A stretch of 64,000 nt of DNA, taken from the IMG/VR virus record IMGVR_UViG_3300032783_000063, positions 37,306-101,305 of that record, one strand, 5' to 3'. How positions within the stretch are numbered: the stretch's first letter is position 1; the number at the start of each line of letters is the position of its first letter. This document shows, piece after piece, positions 57,001 to 64,000 of this stretch. The position numbers and the translations under genes were made by a program. The stretch is from a virus. The notes below the pieces were generated by a model. It was not told the origin of the DNA. It saw nothing but the letters and a program-made list of their open reading frames with translations, and did not search any database.

Positions 57001-57502
57001 CCGAAGCGGTCAGCGCATTCGTCACATCCTCGAGGTTCGCCCCGCCGACCGCCGCGCCCTCCGCAGCGGTCTTCACGATCCCCAGCGCCTTCGCGGACGT
57101 GATCCCCAGCGACTCGAAGTTCGACTCGACGTGATACAGCGACACCGCGAGAGAATCCGGGGAGAACCCCACCTTCCCCGCCAGGTCCAGCACCCCCTGC
57201 CTCAGCCCGGCGAGCTTCGGCGCCGCGACCCCCGCCTGCGTGGACAGGCGGGTCATCTGCGCGTCGAACGTCGCCGCCATCTTCACCGACGCCACCGCTG
57301 CACCGGCCATCGCCAGCGAGATCATCCCCGAGACCTTGACCAGCTTCGAGTTCTGGAAGCCCTTAGCCCACGAATCCCCTGCCTTCGCGCCCGCCGCCCC
57401 GGCCCCGGCGGCGCCCTTAGCGGTCTCTGCCTGGATTTCCTTGCCCAGGTTCGCGCCGATGGCCTCGATTTTCACGAAGGCGGTCGCCAGCACAGACGGC
57501 AC
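54047..57502 (-). CDS. tape measure protein (TP901-like) with NlpC/P60 and lytic transglycosylase domains
   Basis: Long Ala-rich helical protein; PYVWGG...WDCSG...H; AES...GLWQI. Confidence 0.92.
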   Translation of the reverse strand: MPSVLATAFVKIEAIGANLGKEIQAETAKGAAGAGAAGAKAGDSWAKGFQNSKLVKVSGMISLAMAGAAVASVKMAATFDAQMTRLSTQAGVAAPKLAGLRQGVLDLAGKVGFSPDSLAVSLYHVESNFESLGITSAKALGIVKTAAEGAAVGGANLEDVTNALTASVAAGIPGVQNMQQAMGVLNATVGVGDMKMQDLADAFGTGMVAVVKGYGLSIKDVGAALAVFGDNNIRGAQAGTELRMAVQALAVPAKAGAKELQSIGLNAASFAKTMQSGGLLPAVEQLVTHMREAGISAKQQGDVITQIFGKKAGTGIAILAGQLDRLQSKYPALTKAADGFADAWKRTQQTPAQKWKELEARAQSLAIAIGVKLMPYVIKLMAALSEHWKGIAQTALAIGAVAVAVKGLNLAIAAIAILTDPVALLVIGIAALAFGIYKAYDTSSKFRNIIKDIGIVMLGVAGGVVLGAKFIMDAILLLVSSVIDSLAKVFGWVPGIGPKLRSAAKAFDGFRASADNAFNGVLGKLNEWTQALEKSKEPAAKQTTAILKEFQNQAKGADTARAALDKYTTALSEGWAGSAASKAARKSLLSDLEQAGVDANTARTDVNRYTTAVQQNGSHSEEAHKARLQLIYDIESAAGNARQGHADLDKYNQTIKRNGADSDAAKKARQQVITDLENAGINAQTARRLVDDLTTAYGKVPKHVYTDMTYTAAGNWSIKQIFPGSPGPGNASRATGIWTGATGGKIPGFGGGDIIPALLEPGETVVDKQRTKGLAGLFKAIGVPGFLTGSYVGSSPPGLGNWTVKEDKAQNNQVAEALKNAVLAGIAAARAATGSGSAIAEFAQSFVGKVPYVWGGTSPSGWDCSGMVEYVYNHFHLYPPRTSQDQWNWVNRKKGPTTGGLAFFVGSGDGGSVSAPGHVGIVISPSQMVNAEAPGLGTQVAGLGGAVGFGTPPGGFGGGGGAVPAGAMSAQDVAKLWVAAGGPGGQYANIAQAITGAESARRPSAVQQGQPYSTTGWGLWQITPGNSVPSVGVNQALLIPMNNARAAVYKFHAADGFSPWTTYESGAYKPYLMDKGGTLPPGLSLVKNNTGKPEHLTPADGGGDGASLDDVCGLLSALISVAAAAPGSTAAGITGALGGAARTAGYSAMYR

Positions 57503-57517
57503 GGCAACCCCTCTCAG

Positions 57518-57772
57518 TCAAGGCATCTGGTATTTGGCCCAGACAGCGTCTGCCTGCGCCCACGGATCCAGCGGCGCCCTCAGCTCCTCCAGGAACTCCT
57601 CGCGCCCCTCCTCGTCCTTCGCGTCGAGAAGCACAGCGAAGATCAGGTTGCACAGCTGCCGCGGGTTCATGCCCTCCACCCCGCGCCCGGTCTTCGCCAG
57701 TTGCATGCCGTCGAGATGGGCAAGGTTCCCCGCTACGGACTGGAGGAGCCGGACCGCGGCAGGGTAGGGCGC
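57518..57772 (-). CDS. tail assembly chaperone frameshift extension (G-T type)
   Basis: Overlapping -1 frame PYPAAVRLL...RQLCNL before tape measure. Confidence 0.6.
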   Translation of the reverse strand, partial: APYPAAVRLLQSVAGNLAHLDGMQLAKTGRGVEGMNPRQLCNLIFAVLLDAKDEEGREEFLEELRAPLDPWAQADAVWAKYQMP

Positions 57773-58284
57773 GACGTCAGGATCTCCACCGTCTGCTGTA
57801 CGACAGGCAGGAGTTCCTCCGCCTCCGCTTTCGACGCGATCGCATGGGCCTCGAACTTGTGCCAGTCGCCCTTGTCCGCGAACGGGCACACTGCGGTCAG
57901 GTCACCTGCGGCGATATTCTTGCAGTCGGGGCAGTCGCCGCACGGTGGTACCTCACCCTGGATGCAGTCCTGCAGCATGTGGTAGATCGCTGACAAGGCC
58001 GCCATGTCCGACGTGTCCAGCTGGGAGTCCGCTGCGGCGGCGAACTTCATCAAGGGCATCAGCCCGACCTTCGCGGCGATCCGGTACCGGCGCCCCTGGA
58101 ACTCCACCGAGTTGACCGGGGTCAGGCCCTGGGTGAGTGCCTGCACCTCAGCCAGCGCCCGCTCATCCGCATCGCCCTTGAGCCGGCCCATGTCCGGCTC
58201 GGCCTCTGCGGTTATCACGGCCGCAGCGGACGGCGAAGAGGCCGCCCCGGCTCGAGAGCGAGGACGGCCATTAGGAACCGGCAT
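57733..58284 (-). CDS. tail assembly chaperone
   Basis: Position; ends RPTLPRSGSSS. Confidence 0.7.
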   Translation of the reverse strand: MPVPNGRPRSRAGAASSPSAAAVITAEAEPDMGRLKGDADERALAEVQALTQGLTPVNSVEFQGRRYRIAAKVGLMPLMKFAAAADSQLDTSDMAALSAIYHMLQDCIQGEVPPCGDCPDCKNIAAGDLTAVCPFADKGDWHKFEAHAIASKAEAEELLPVVQQTVEILTSRPTLPRSGSSSP

Positions 58285-58295
58285 AAGCGAATCTC

Positions 58296-58601
58296 CTAGA
58301 GAAGTTTGGGAACGTCATGTTCCATCGCGTCAATCAGCGCGCGAGTGGCCTTGCGGATCTGCTTCGCCGGACGTTCCTGGAACAGGTCGTACCAGATCGC
58401 ATGCACCTCTGTGAAACCGCCGTCCTTGCCGTGACCGTGGCTCCAGCCGATGGAATCCCGCAGGTCTCCTGTCCGCACCAGAGCCCGGCGCCGCGCTCCC
58501 GCCGCCACTGCGGGCCCGATGACAGCCGAGATCTCCTCGCCGACCTGCGCGTCGAACAGCGCAATCTCGAAGTCATCAAGGACGACGTAGAAATCGGCCA
58601 T
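58296..58601 (-). CDS. HK97 gp10-like neck protein
   Basis: ARRRALVRTGDLRDSI. Confidence 0.7.
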   Translation of the reverse strand: MADFYVVLDDFEIALFDAQVGEEISAVIGPAVAAGARRRALVRTGDLRDSIGWSHGHGKDGGFTEVHAIWYDLFQERPAKQIRKATRALIDAMEHDVPKLL

Positions 58602-58614
58602 CTAAGGCGCCGGG

Positions 58615-59031
58615 CTAGGTCCCGACGCCGCCCACGCCGTAGCGCTTTATCGGGCCAGATGCGTTCCAGGTGGCTTTGATTGACACGCCTGCGCCGACGC
58701 CGGATGCGACCGAGAAGTCGGGGAGGATCCGGCCGAAGAAATACTGGGTGGCCAGGTTCGTGGACGGGTACAGGTAGAAGTTCCGCGGCAGTCCGTCTGT
58801 GGCCGCCACGTAGGTCTGTGACGTCTCCGTGTCATACCATCCGGAGAAGTCACCGGACGCGTCCGGCAGGCCCGCCACGTAGACGAGGTTCGTGTCACCC
58901 ATCGCAGTTACGTCAACCTTCGCAACTGTGAAGTTAATGGTGAAATCCGACACGTACGCCATAGGTGAAGCCATATCGGTACTTTGCACACCACAATAGG
59001 CGATTCCGTTGCGGCCGTGGATCCGTGCCAT
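58615..59031 (-). CDS. major tail (tube) protein
   Basis: MARIHGRNG...DVTAMGD...YVAGLPDASGDFSGWYD. Confidence 0.75.
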   Translation of the reverse strand: MARIHGRNGIAYCGVQSTDMASPMAYVSDFTINFTVAKVDVTAMGDTNLVYVAGLPDASGDFSGWYDTETSQTYVAATDGLPRNFYLYPSTNLATQYFFGRILPDFSVASGVGAGVSIKATWNASGPIKRYGVGGVGT

Positions 59032-59055
59032 GTGCCACTCCGTCCTTGAAGCTGT

Positions 59056-60130
59056 CTAGCTGATCACTGCGGGCTGTCGGTCGAGCATGGCCAGCAGGCG
59101 CCTGGCGTTGTTGGTGAACGTCCGGTCAGCTACCGCCTGCCGGGCCTTCACCGCAACATCAGCGCGGGTCTGGTCCTGAGCGGGGCGAAGCCACCAGCGG
59201 AGCTTGTCCGACGCGTCCCGGGGCCCCTCGAACGTGGGGAGCATCCACAGCAGGTCGTCGCCTTCGGGCCGCGGGTCGCGGAGGAAGAACAGGCCGCAGG
59301 CGGCCTGCTCGATCTCCCGCGGGCCGACGGCCCAGCCTTTGCCGACATGGTTGTCCTGGGCTTCGCGGCGGTACAGGTTGATGCCCGCCCGGGCGGACCG
59401 GTAGCAGTCGACGACCTGCTCGTTGTCGAGGCACCGGTCTTTCTCGTGGGCGAGGTATTTGCTGATGGGCGACTCGTCGGGGAGCTCGGCCCAGTTGCCG
59501 GTGAGCATGACGTCGAGGCCGTCGAGGTCCATGGCCTCGAAGAACCGCATGCGGGATTCGTAGCCGGTGCCGTTGAAGGTGAAGTCGCAGGCGAGCTCGG
59601 GGGTGACGGGGCCGGGGGTGTGGATGCCGGGGCGGTATGCGTGGGGCATGTAGTGGGTGTCGGGGCAGACCTGGCGGAAGGCGTCGATGTTGGCGGGGTC
59701 GTTGAGGAGGTTGATGTGGGCTAGGTGCGCGCGTTCCAACTGGTCGTCGTCTTCGTAGGGTGATTCGGTGTGGAGTATGACAATTTTATGTCCTCTGCCG
59801 TGCATGATCTTGATGATGTGGGGGGGGACGAAGAACGCGGAGATGAGGAGGATGACGTCGGGCCAGAAGGTGTAGGCGGCGGACAGGAGCCCGGCGGCGG
59901 CGAGGGTGGAGGCTTGCTCGTTGGTGCAGGCGCGGCGGAGGAGGGGCTCGCCGTTGTCGTTGGTGGTGCCGGTTTCGACGAGGGCGGCGCCGTAGAAGGT
60001 GAGCCGGTCGGAGAGGTTGTATCTGGCGACCTGGTGGCCGAGTGCGGTGAGGGCCTCGACCCAGCCGGCGCAGACGTCGGCGACGGAGAAGTCAGGCTAA
60101 AGGCCCTGGGTGACCAACCAACCAGCGCAT
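59056..60130 (-). pseudogene. glycosyltransferase (CgeB/Glyco_trans_1_2-like), frameshifted by 7-nt insertion near start
   Basis: MRWLVGHPGP then PDFSVADV...HTESPY...F.GT.Y.SR...Y......INL.R...PRE.E.AACG; frames join if 7 nt are removed. Confidence 0.7.
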
Positions 60131-60158
60131 GAGCATCACCTCCCTTCTTCTGCGGCAG

Positions 60159-60578
60159 CTAGGGTGCTCCGCAGATCACGGAGAGGGTGGCAGCGAGGTA
60201 TTCGACGCCGCCGTAGGACATGAGCCCGTACCCGGACGCGCGGTCGAGGTAGGCGTAGGAGACGGCCCCGCCGAGCGACGGGTCGGTTCGGATGGCGGCC
60301 CAGATGGACTGCGGGCCGTCGGGGGACAGGTAGCTGTCGAGTTCGGTCTGGCCGGACCGGTCGGAGCCGGATGCGGTGAGAACGATGACGTCGAAGGTGA
60401 GGTCGGCGGCGTTGTCGCCCATGGTCTGGCCGTAGGTGATGAAGGTGCCGCGGGCGGGGCGGACGACGGCGGTCGGGGGGGAGATCTGGCCGGGGACGGT
60501 GGCGACGGTGCGGAGGCCGGGGATCTGGGCGGCGATCTGGCCGGCGAGGGCGCTGCGGATGCTGCTGATGGGGAACAT
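60159..60578 (-). CDS. tail terminator / completion protein
   Basis: SIR.ALA......PGLR....PGQISPP.AVV...D.SLGG.V. Confidence 0.7.
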   Translation of the reverse strand: MFPISSIRSALAGQIAAQIPGLRTVATVPGQISPPTAVVRPARGTFITYGQTMGDNAADLTFDVIVLTASGSDRSGQTELDSYLSPDGPQSIWAAIRTDPSLGGAVSYAYLDRASGYGLMSYGGVEYLAATLSVICGAP

Positions 60579-62573
60579 TCAGGTGATCCAGCAGTAGAAG
60601 CCGGCGTTGATGTTGGCGGTGAGCGTTCCGATGCTGGTGTTGACTGACGGCGGGCTGGTGAAGGTGCCGCCGGTGCCGCAGAGCGCGGGGGCGGCGGCGG
60701 AGAACGCGGTGGTGCGGGGGCCGTCGGCGGCGAGGAGATGCGGGGGGGTGCCCTGGTAGAAGCTGATCCCGGCGTAATACTGGCCGGTGACTGGGGGTGT
60801 GTAGGGGCTGGCGAGGGTGACTGTCGCGGGTGCGTCGTCGTCGGGGAAGTCACCGGCGGTGATCGCTGAGGAGACGGCGGCGATTCTCGCGGTGCCGGAT
60901 GCCGTGACGGTGAGGATCGCGGCGAACCCGCTGGTGCCGCCGGATCCCGCAGCGCCGGTGTCGACCCAGAAGTTGAGTTTGCTGCAGGTGATCCCGGCGG
61001 CGAGGGTGATGGTCTGGCAGTACAGCAGCCCGGTGTTGGAGGGGGTGAGTTCCTGGGTGATGCCTGCGCTGCGGTCGTGGGTGACGGCGAGCGTTCCGGC
61101 GGGGGCGGTGTCGAGGATCCGCTGGACGGGGGCCAGGTACTGGGAGCTGGCGGATCCGTAGCCGTGGACGGCCTGGAGGGTGACGCCGGGGGCGTAGAGG
61201 ACGGGGGAGGTGAGGTTGGAGCCGCCCTGGCCCTGGCCGAAGATGGTGTCGCCGGAGATGGTGAGGGTGGCTGCCGTGTTGTCGTTGAAGATGCCGCCGG
61301 ACGCGCCGTTGAGGACGCTGCCGGACACGGTGATGTTGGTGCCGTGGTTGTTGCTGGTGCAGGCTAGGCCCCACTGGGGGCTGAACGACCCGGCCCCGTC
61401 GGGGAGGCCGGGGTAAACCTGGGTGCCGGAGATGTTGACGGGCCCGGAGTAGCCGTCGACGGCGATGCCGGCGTAGTTGCTGGTGGTGGATGTTGATCCG
61501 GGGCGGCGGAAGAACCCGCCGGTGATGTTGACCGGGGGCGCGGTGGCGGTGGCGCTGTTGGAGAACAGGTAGATGCCGTTGGTGGTGCCGCCGTCAGTGG
61601 TGCAGCCCTCGAAGGTGATGCCGCCGGAGTCGACGGTGCCCGAGTTGTAAGACCCTTCGTAGGAGATGCAGCCGTTGCCGGCGTTGCTGTGCTCGGCGTG
61701 GCACTGGCACCAGATGGAGTCGTAGGAGGCGTAGATGAGGAAGCCTTCTGCCTGGCAGTTGTAGGCGGCGCAGTACAGCCATTCGGAGTCGGAGGCGTGG
61801 ATGGAGAAGCCGCCGCCGGTGCCGGAGAGGGTGCCGCAGGTGCGGATGTTGACGTTCTGTGCGCGCATGGCGCCGCCGGCGTTGGGGGTGTTGATGTATC
61901 CCCAGTTCGGCATGTTGAGGACCATGACGTCAGTGAGGCTGGTGCGGCCGACGCCGGTTGATCCGGTGGCGGAGTAGACGCAGATCCCGGCGGTGCTGAC
62001 GGCGTTCCCGGTGGCGTCGGTGCCGCCGTGGGCGGCGGACATGCGGGAGCCGTCGATGAGGATGGATTCGACGTGCTGTTCGTTGGCGGCGATGCCGTAG
62101 CCGCCGGTGGTGGGGTCGGCGATGAGGATCGCGGCGATGGCGTCTGCCGGGTAGGTGCCGGAGGTGAAGGTTGCGGCGGGCTGGATGACGGTGCCGGTGA
62201 TGCCGGTGGTGAGCGAGACGTGTGGTGCCATCCTGCTGGAGGCGGGGGAGCCGAGGAGGGTGGTGAACGGGGGGATGGCGATGGGGGTGCTGGTTTTGTA
62301 GACGCCGGCGGGGAGGTAGCAGACGCGGCTTCCTGCGGCGGCGTCGGCGAGGGCGGCGTTGATCGCGGGTGCGTTGTCGGCGGCGCCGGGGGCGGCGCCG
62401 TAGGCGGAAGCGCAGGCGTTGACCCAGTCAACGGGCACCAGGTCGGCGACGGCGATTTTCCTGGTGGTGCCGGTGGCGTCCATGCTGGTGTCGTGGATGT
62501 CGACGATGGGGAGGACGTCGTCGGGCTGGACGCTGGCCGGGGCGAGGGCGGAGAAGGCGGTGATCTTGGTCAA
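60579..62573 (-). CDS. pectate-lyase-like beta-helix depolymerase / tail spike
   Basis: TTG start, TKITAF..L...DDVLPIVD fibre N-terminus, YGA.P..ADN..AINAAL...YLPAGVY, beta-helix repeats. Confidence 0.8.
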   Translation of the reverse strand: MTKITAFSALAPASVQPDDVLPIVDIHDTSMDATGTTRKIAVADLVPVDWVNACASAYGAAPGAADNAPAINAALADAAAGSRVCYLPAGVYKTSTPIAIPPFTTLLGSPASSRMAPHVSLTTGITGTVIQPAATFTSGTYPADAIAAILIADPTTGGYGIAANEQHVESILIDGSRMSAAHGGTDATGNAVSTAGICVYSATGSTGVGRTSLTDVMVLNMPNWGYINTPNAGGAMRAQNVNIRTCGTLSGTGGGFSIHASDSEWLYCAAYNCQAEGFLIYASYDSIWCQCHAEHSNAGNGCISYEGSYNSGTVDSGGITFEGCTTDGGTTNGIYLFSNSATATAPPVNITGGFFRRPGSTSTTSNYAGIAVDGYSGPVNISGTQVYPGLPDGAGSFSPQWGLACTSNNHGTNITVSGSVLNGASGGIFNDNTAATLTISGDTIFGQGQGGSNLTSPVLYAPGVTLQAVHGYGSASSQYLAPVQRILDTAPAGTLAVTHDRSAGITQELTPSNTGLLYCQTITLAAGITCSKLNFWVDTGAAGSGGTSGFAAILTVTASGTARIAAVSSAITAGDFPDDDAPATVTLASPYTPPVTGQYYAGISFYQGTPPHLLAADGPRTTAFSAAAPALCGTGGTFTSPPSVNTSIGTLTANINAGFYCWIT

Positions 62574-62586
62574 GGCCGCCGCCTTT

Positions 62587-63231
62587 CTAGCCTGCCTGGA
62601 TGTCGTTGCCTGCCTGGTCGGAGATGTGGCTGCCGCCCTGGTCGTCAATGTCGCCGACGCTGAACTGGGCGAACGCCTCGGCCGCAGCTGCCGGGTCGGC
62701 GGTGCTGATATCGCGCGGGCCGGTCGTCGCCAGCGTTTCGGCTGCTGCCGCAGCTTCGGTGAGGGTGATGGTGTGCGGCCCGGCCGTCTCGATCAGGTCC
62801 GCGGCGGCGGCGGTGTCCGCCGGGACGGGTACCGGGGTGGTGCTGCGGAATACCGGTGAGGCGGCTGCCCAGGTGGCTTTCACCGACACGGCGCCGCTGG
62901 TGCTGCTGGTGACGTTGAAGTCGGGGAGGATCCGGCCGAAGAAATACCGGTCGTCCTGGGTGACGGACGGGTACAGGTAGAAGTTGCGGGGGAGGCTGTC
63001 AACGGCAGCGATGTAGGTCTGGGTGGTTTCGGTGTCGTACCAGCCAGTGAAATCCCCGGACGCCTCGGGGAGGCCGGGGACGTAGATGAGGTTGGGGTCG
63101 CCGACGCATTCGAGGGCGGTGCGGGCCGCAGCGAAGGTAATGTCCCAGTCCGTCATATAGGCGCAGGGCGACGCATCGGTGGTGGCGGTCTGGCCGACGT
63201 AGATGATCCCGGCGCGTCCGTGAATCCTCAT
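62587..63231 (-). CDS. major tail protein paralogue with C-terminal extension
   Basis: Shares RIHGR.G, GLP.ASGDF.GWYDTET.QTY, LPRNFYLYPS, YFFGRILPDF, KATW with 58615-59031. Confidence 0.8.
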   Translation of the reverse strand: MRIHGRAGIIYVGQTATTDASPCAYMTDWDITFAAARTALECVGDPNLIYVPGLPEASGDFTGWYDTETTQTYIAAVDSLPRNFYLYPSVTQDDRYFFGRILPDFNVTSSTSGAVSVKATWAAASPVFRSTTPVPVPADTAAAADLIETAGPHTITLTEAAAAAETLATTGPRDISTADPAAAAEAFAQFSVGDIDDQGGSHISDQAGNDIQAG

Positions 63232-63247
63232 CGCAGCCGGGCTCCCT

Positions 63248-63883
63248 TTAGTTCGGTGAGCCCCAGTCCAGCCGCCAGGCTTCCTCGATGACCGCGGCAG
63301 GGAATGTGTCAGGGTCGCAGGTTTCGCCCCAGGTCAGCCACGCAATGCTGTGCGGTGACGCGGCGGCGGTGAGGACTGTGTGCGGGCCTGGCAGGTCAAG
63401 GCCCAGGACCAGCCCCGGCTCGTCCGCCTCGTCCAGGTGCGCGGCCGTGAAGCTAGCCAGGTTGCAGCCGGCGAGACCTTGCAGGGTGATGACCTCGAGC
63501 AGGTCCGGGATGTAGACGCCCCCGGCCGGCCGGCCGCCCGCCGCGGCGAACAGGTCCCGGAGTTCACTGTCCGGCGCCCTGATCCCGGTGGCTAGCCAGA
63601 GGCTGGCGGCGATGGCCTGCACCGCGCACCCGTCGTAGCCGAGGTCCCTGGCGAGCGCGCGGCGTTTCGCCGCAGCGTGCCGGCGCCGGGTCGCTGCGGC
63701 TTTCCTCGCCGCGATACGTTTCGTTTTCGCGGACTCATGGTGGCGGCGGCCCTTAGTGTGCGGTACGCCCCCGCCGCCAGCGTTCGGGGCCTTGACGGCC
63801 TTCGCGGCCTTATGTGCCTTGATTGTCTTCCTGACCGCGGCAGGTTTGCGGCTGGCGGGTTTCGCTTTGCCGTGAGCCCGCAC
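63248..63883 (-). CDS. basic N-terminus + papain/C39-like peptidase-fold domain
   Basis: K/R/H-rich first third; GC.VQAIA.SL...GPHTVL...TWG. Confidence 0.5.
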   Translation of the reverse strand: MRAHGKAKPASRKPAAVRKTIKAHKAAKAVKAPNAGGGGVPHTKGRRHHESAKTKRIAARKAAATRRRHAAAKRRALARDLGYDGCAVQAIAASLWLATGIRAPDSELRDLFAAAGGRPAGGVYIPDLLEVITLQGLAGCNLASFTAAHLDEADEPGLVLGLDLPGPHTVLTAAASPHSIAWLTWGETCDPDTFPAAVIEEAWRLDWGSPN

Positions 63884-64000
63884 CTACACCCCGACCTTCC
63901 TGGACGGGTCTATGTACCGTTGCAGCAGGTACTCGACCTGTGATCCTGCCTGCACATGCACCATGCCGAAGTCGGCCATGCCCTGCACGCCGAACGGGGC
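63884..64000 (-). CDS. head-to-tail adaptor (C-terminal fragment)
   Basis: APFGVQGMADFGMVHV...VEYLLQRY. Confidence 0.65.
   Translation of the reverse strand, partial: APFGVQGMADFGMVHVQAGSQVEYLLQRYIDPSRKVGV

Noticed and set aside
60090-60102. Programmed +1 frameshift at GCC TGA in the glycosyltransferase
   Set aside because: Re-pairing from GCC to CCT is poor; an insertion explains it better.
58615-63231. Diversity-generating retroelement template/variable repeat
   Set aside because: No reverse transcriptase seen and the differences are not adenine-specific; ordinary paralogy.
47953-63943. Long plus-strand ORFs over the structural module (e.g. 54218-56176, 56342-57985)
   Set aside because: Antisense shadows of real genes in high-GC DNA, with no motifs.
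1-64000. tRNA/rRNA genes, relaxase, VirB4, ParA, terminase, portal, capsid
   Set aside because: None recognised by eye; head genes are presumably outside the window, and a tRNA scan was not possible.

Overview
High-GC window that reads as most of the genome of a tailed (siphovirus-like) actinobacterial phage, probably infecting a filamentous or sporulating actinomycete. The terminase, portal and capsid genes lie outside the window. The left end has a partial DUF4417 gene, a putative packaging region and an HNH gene. The right end (46.8-64 kb, minus strand) has the head-tail adaptor, tail, tape-measure and lysis genes. The middle holds a lambda-like replication module (initiator with iterons, DnaC-like loader, DnaB), a Rad52/Sak-like recombinase, a C5 methyltransferase and a divergent repressor/Cro pair. 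Five features stand out. (1) Adjacent homologues of the actinomycete developmental regulators BldC and BldD, the latter lacking its c-di-GMP-binding domain; the phage also has three BldD-box-like sites, two WhiB proteins and a secreted Rpf. (2) A Streptomyces-plasmid-type transfer region (GntR/Kor regulator, VirD4-like coupling protein, FtsK/TraB-like translocase, DUF2637/Spd-like membrane proteins), with ParB and a short tyrosine recombinase but no full-length integrase, suggesting a possibly conjugative phage-plasmid. (3) A solo TnpB followed by a cluster of short GAGGTGCGAC repeats. (4) A duplicated tail-tube gene coupled to a beta-helix depolymerase. (5) A tail-module glycosyltransferase interrupted by a 7-nt insertion. 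All calls come from motif recognition by eye; no database searches were run.
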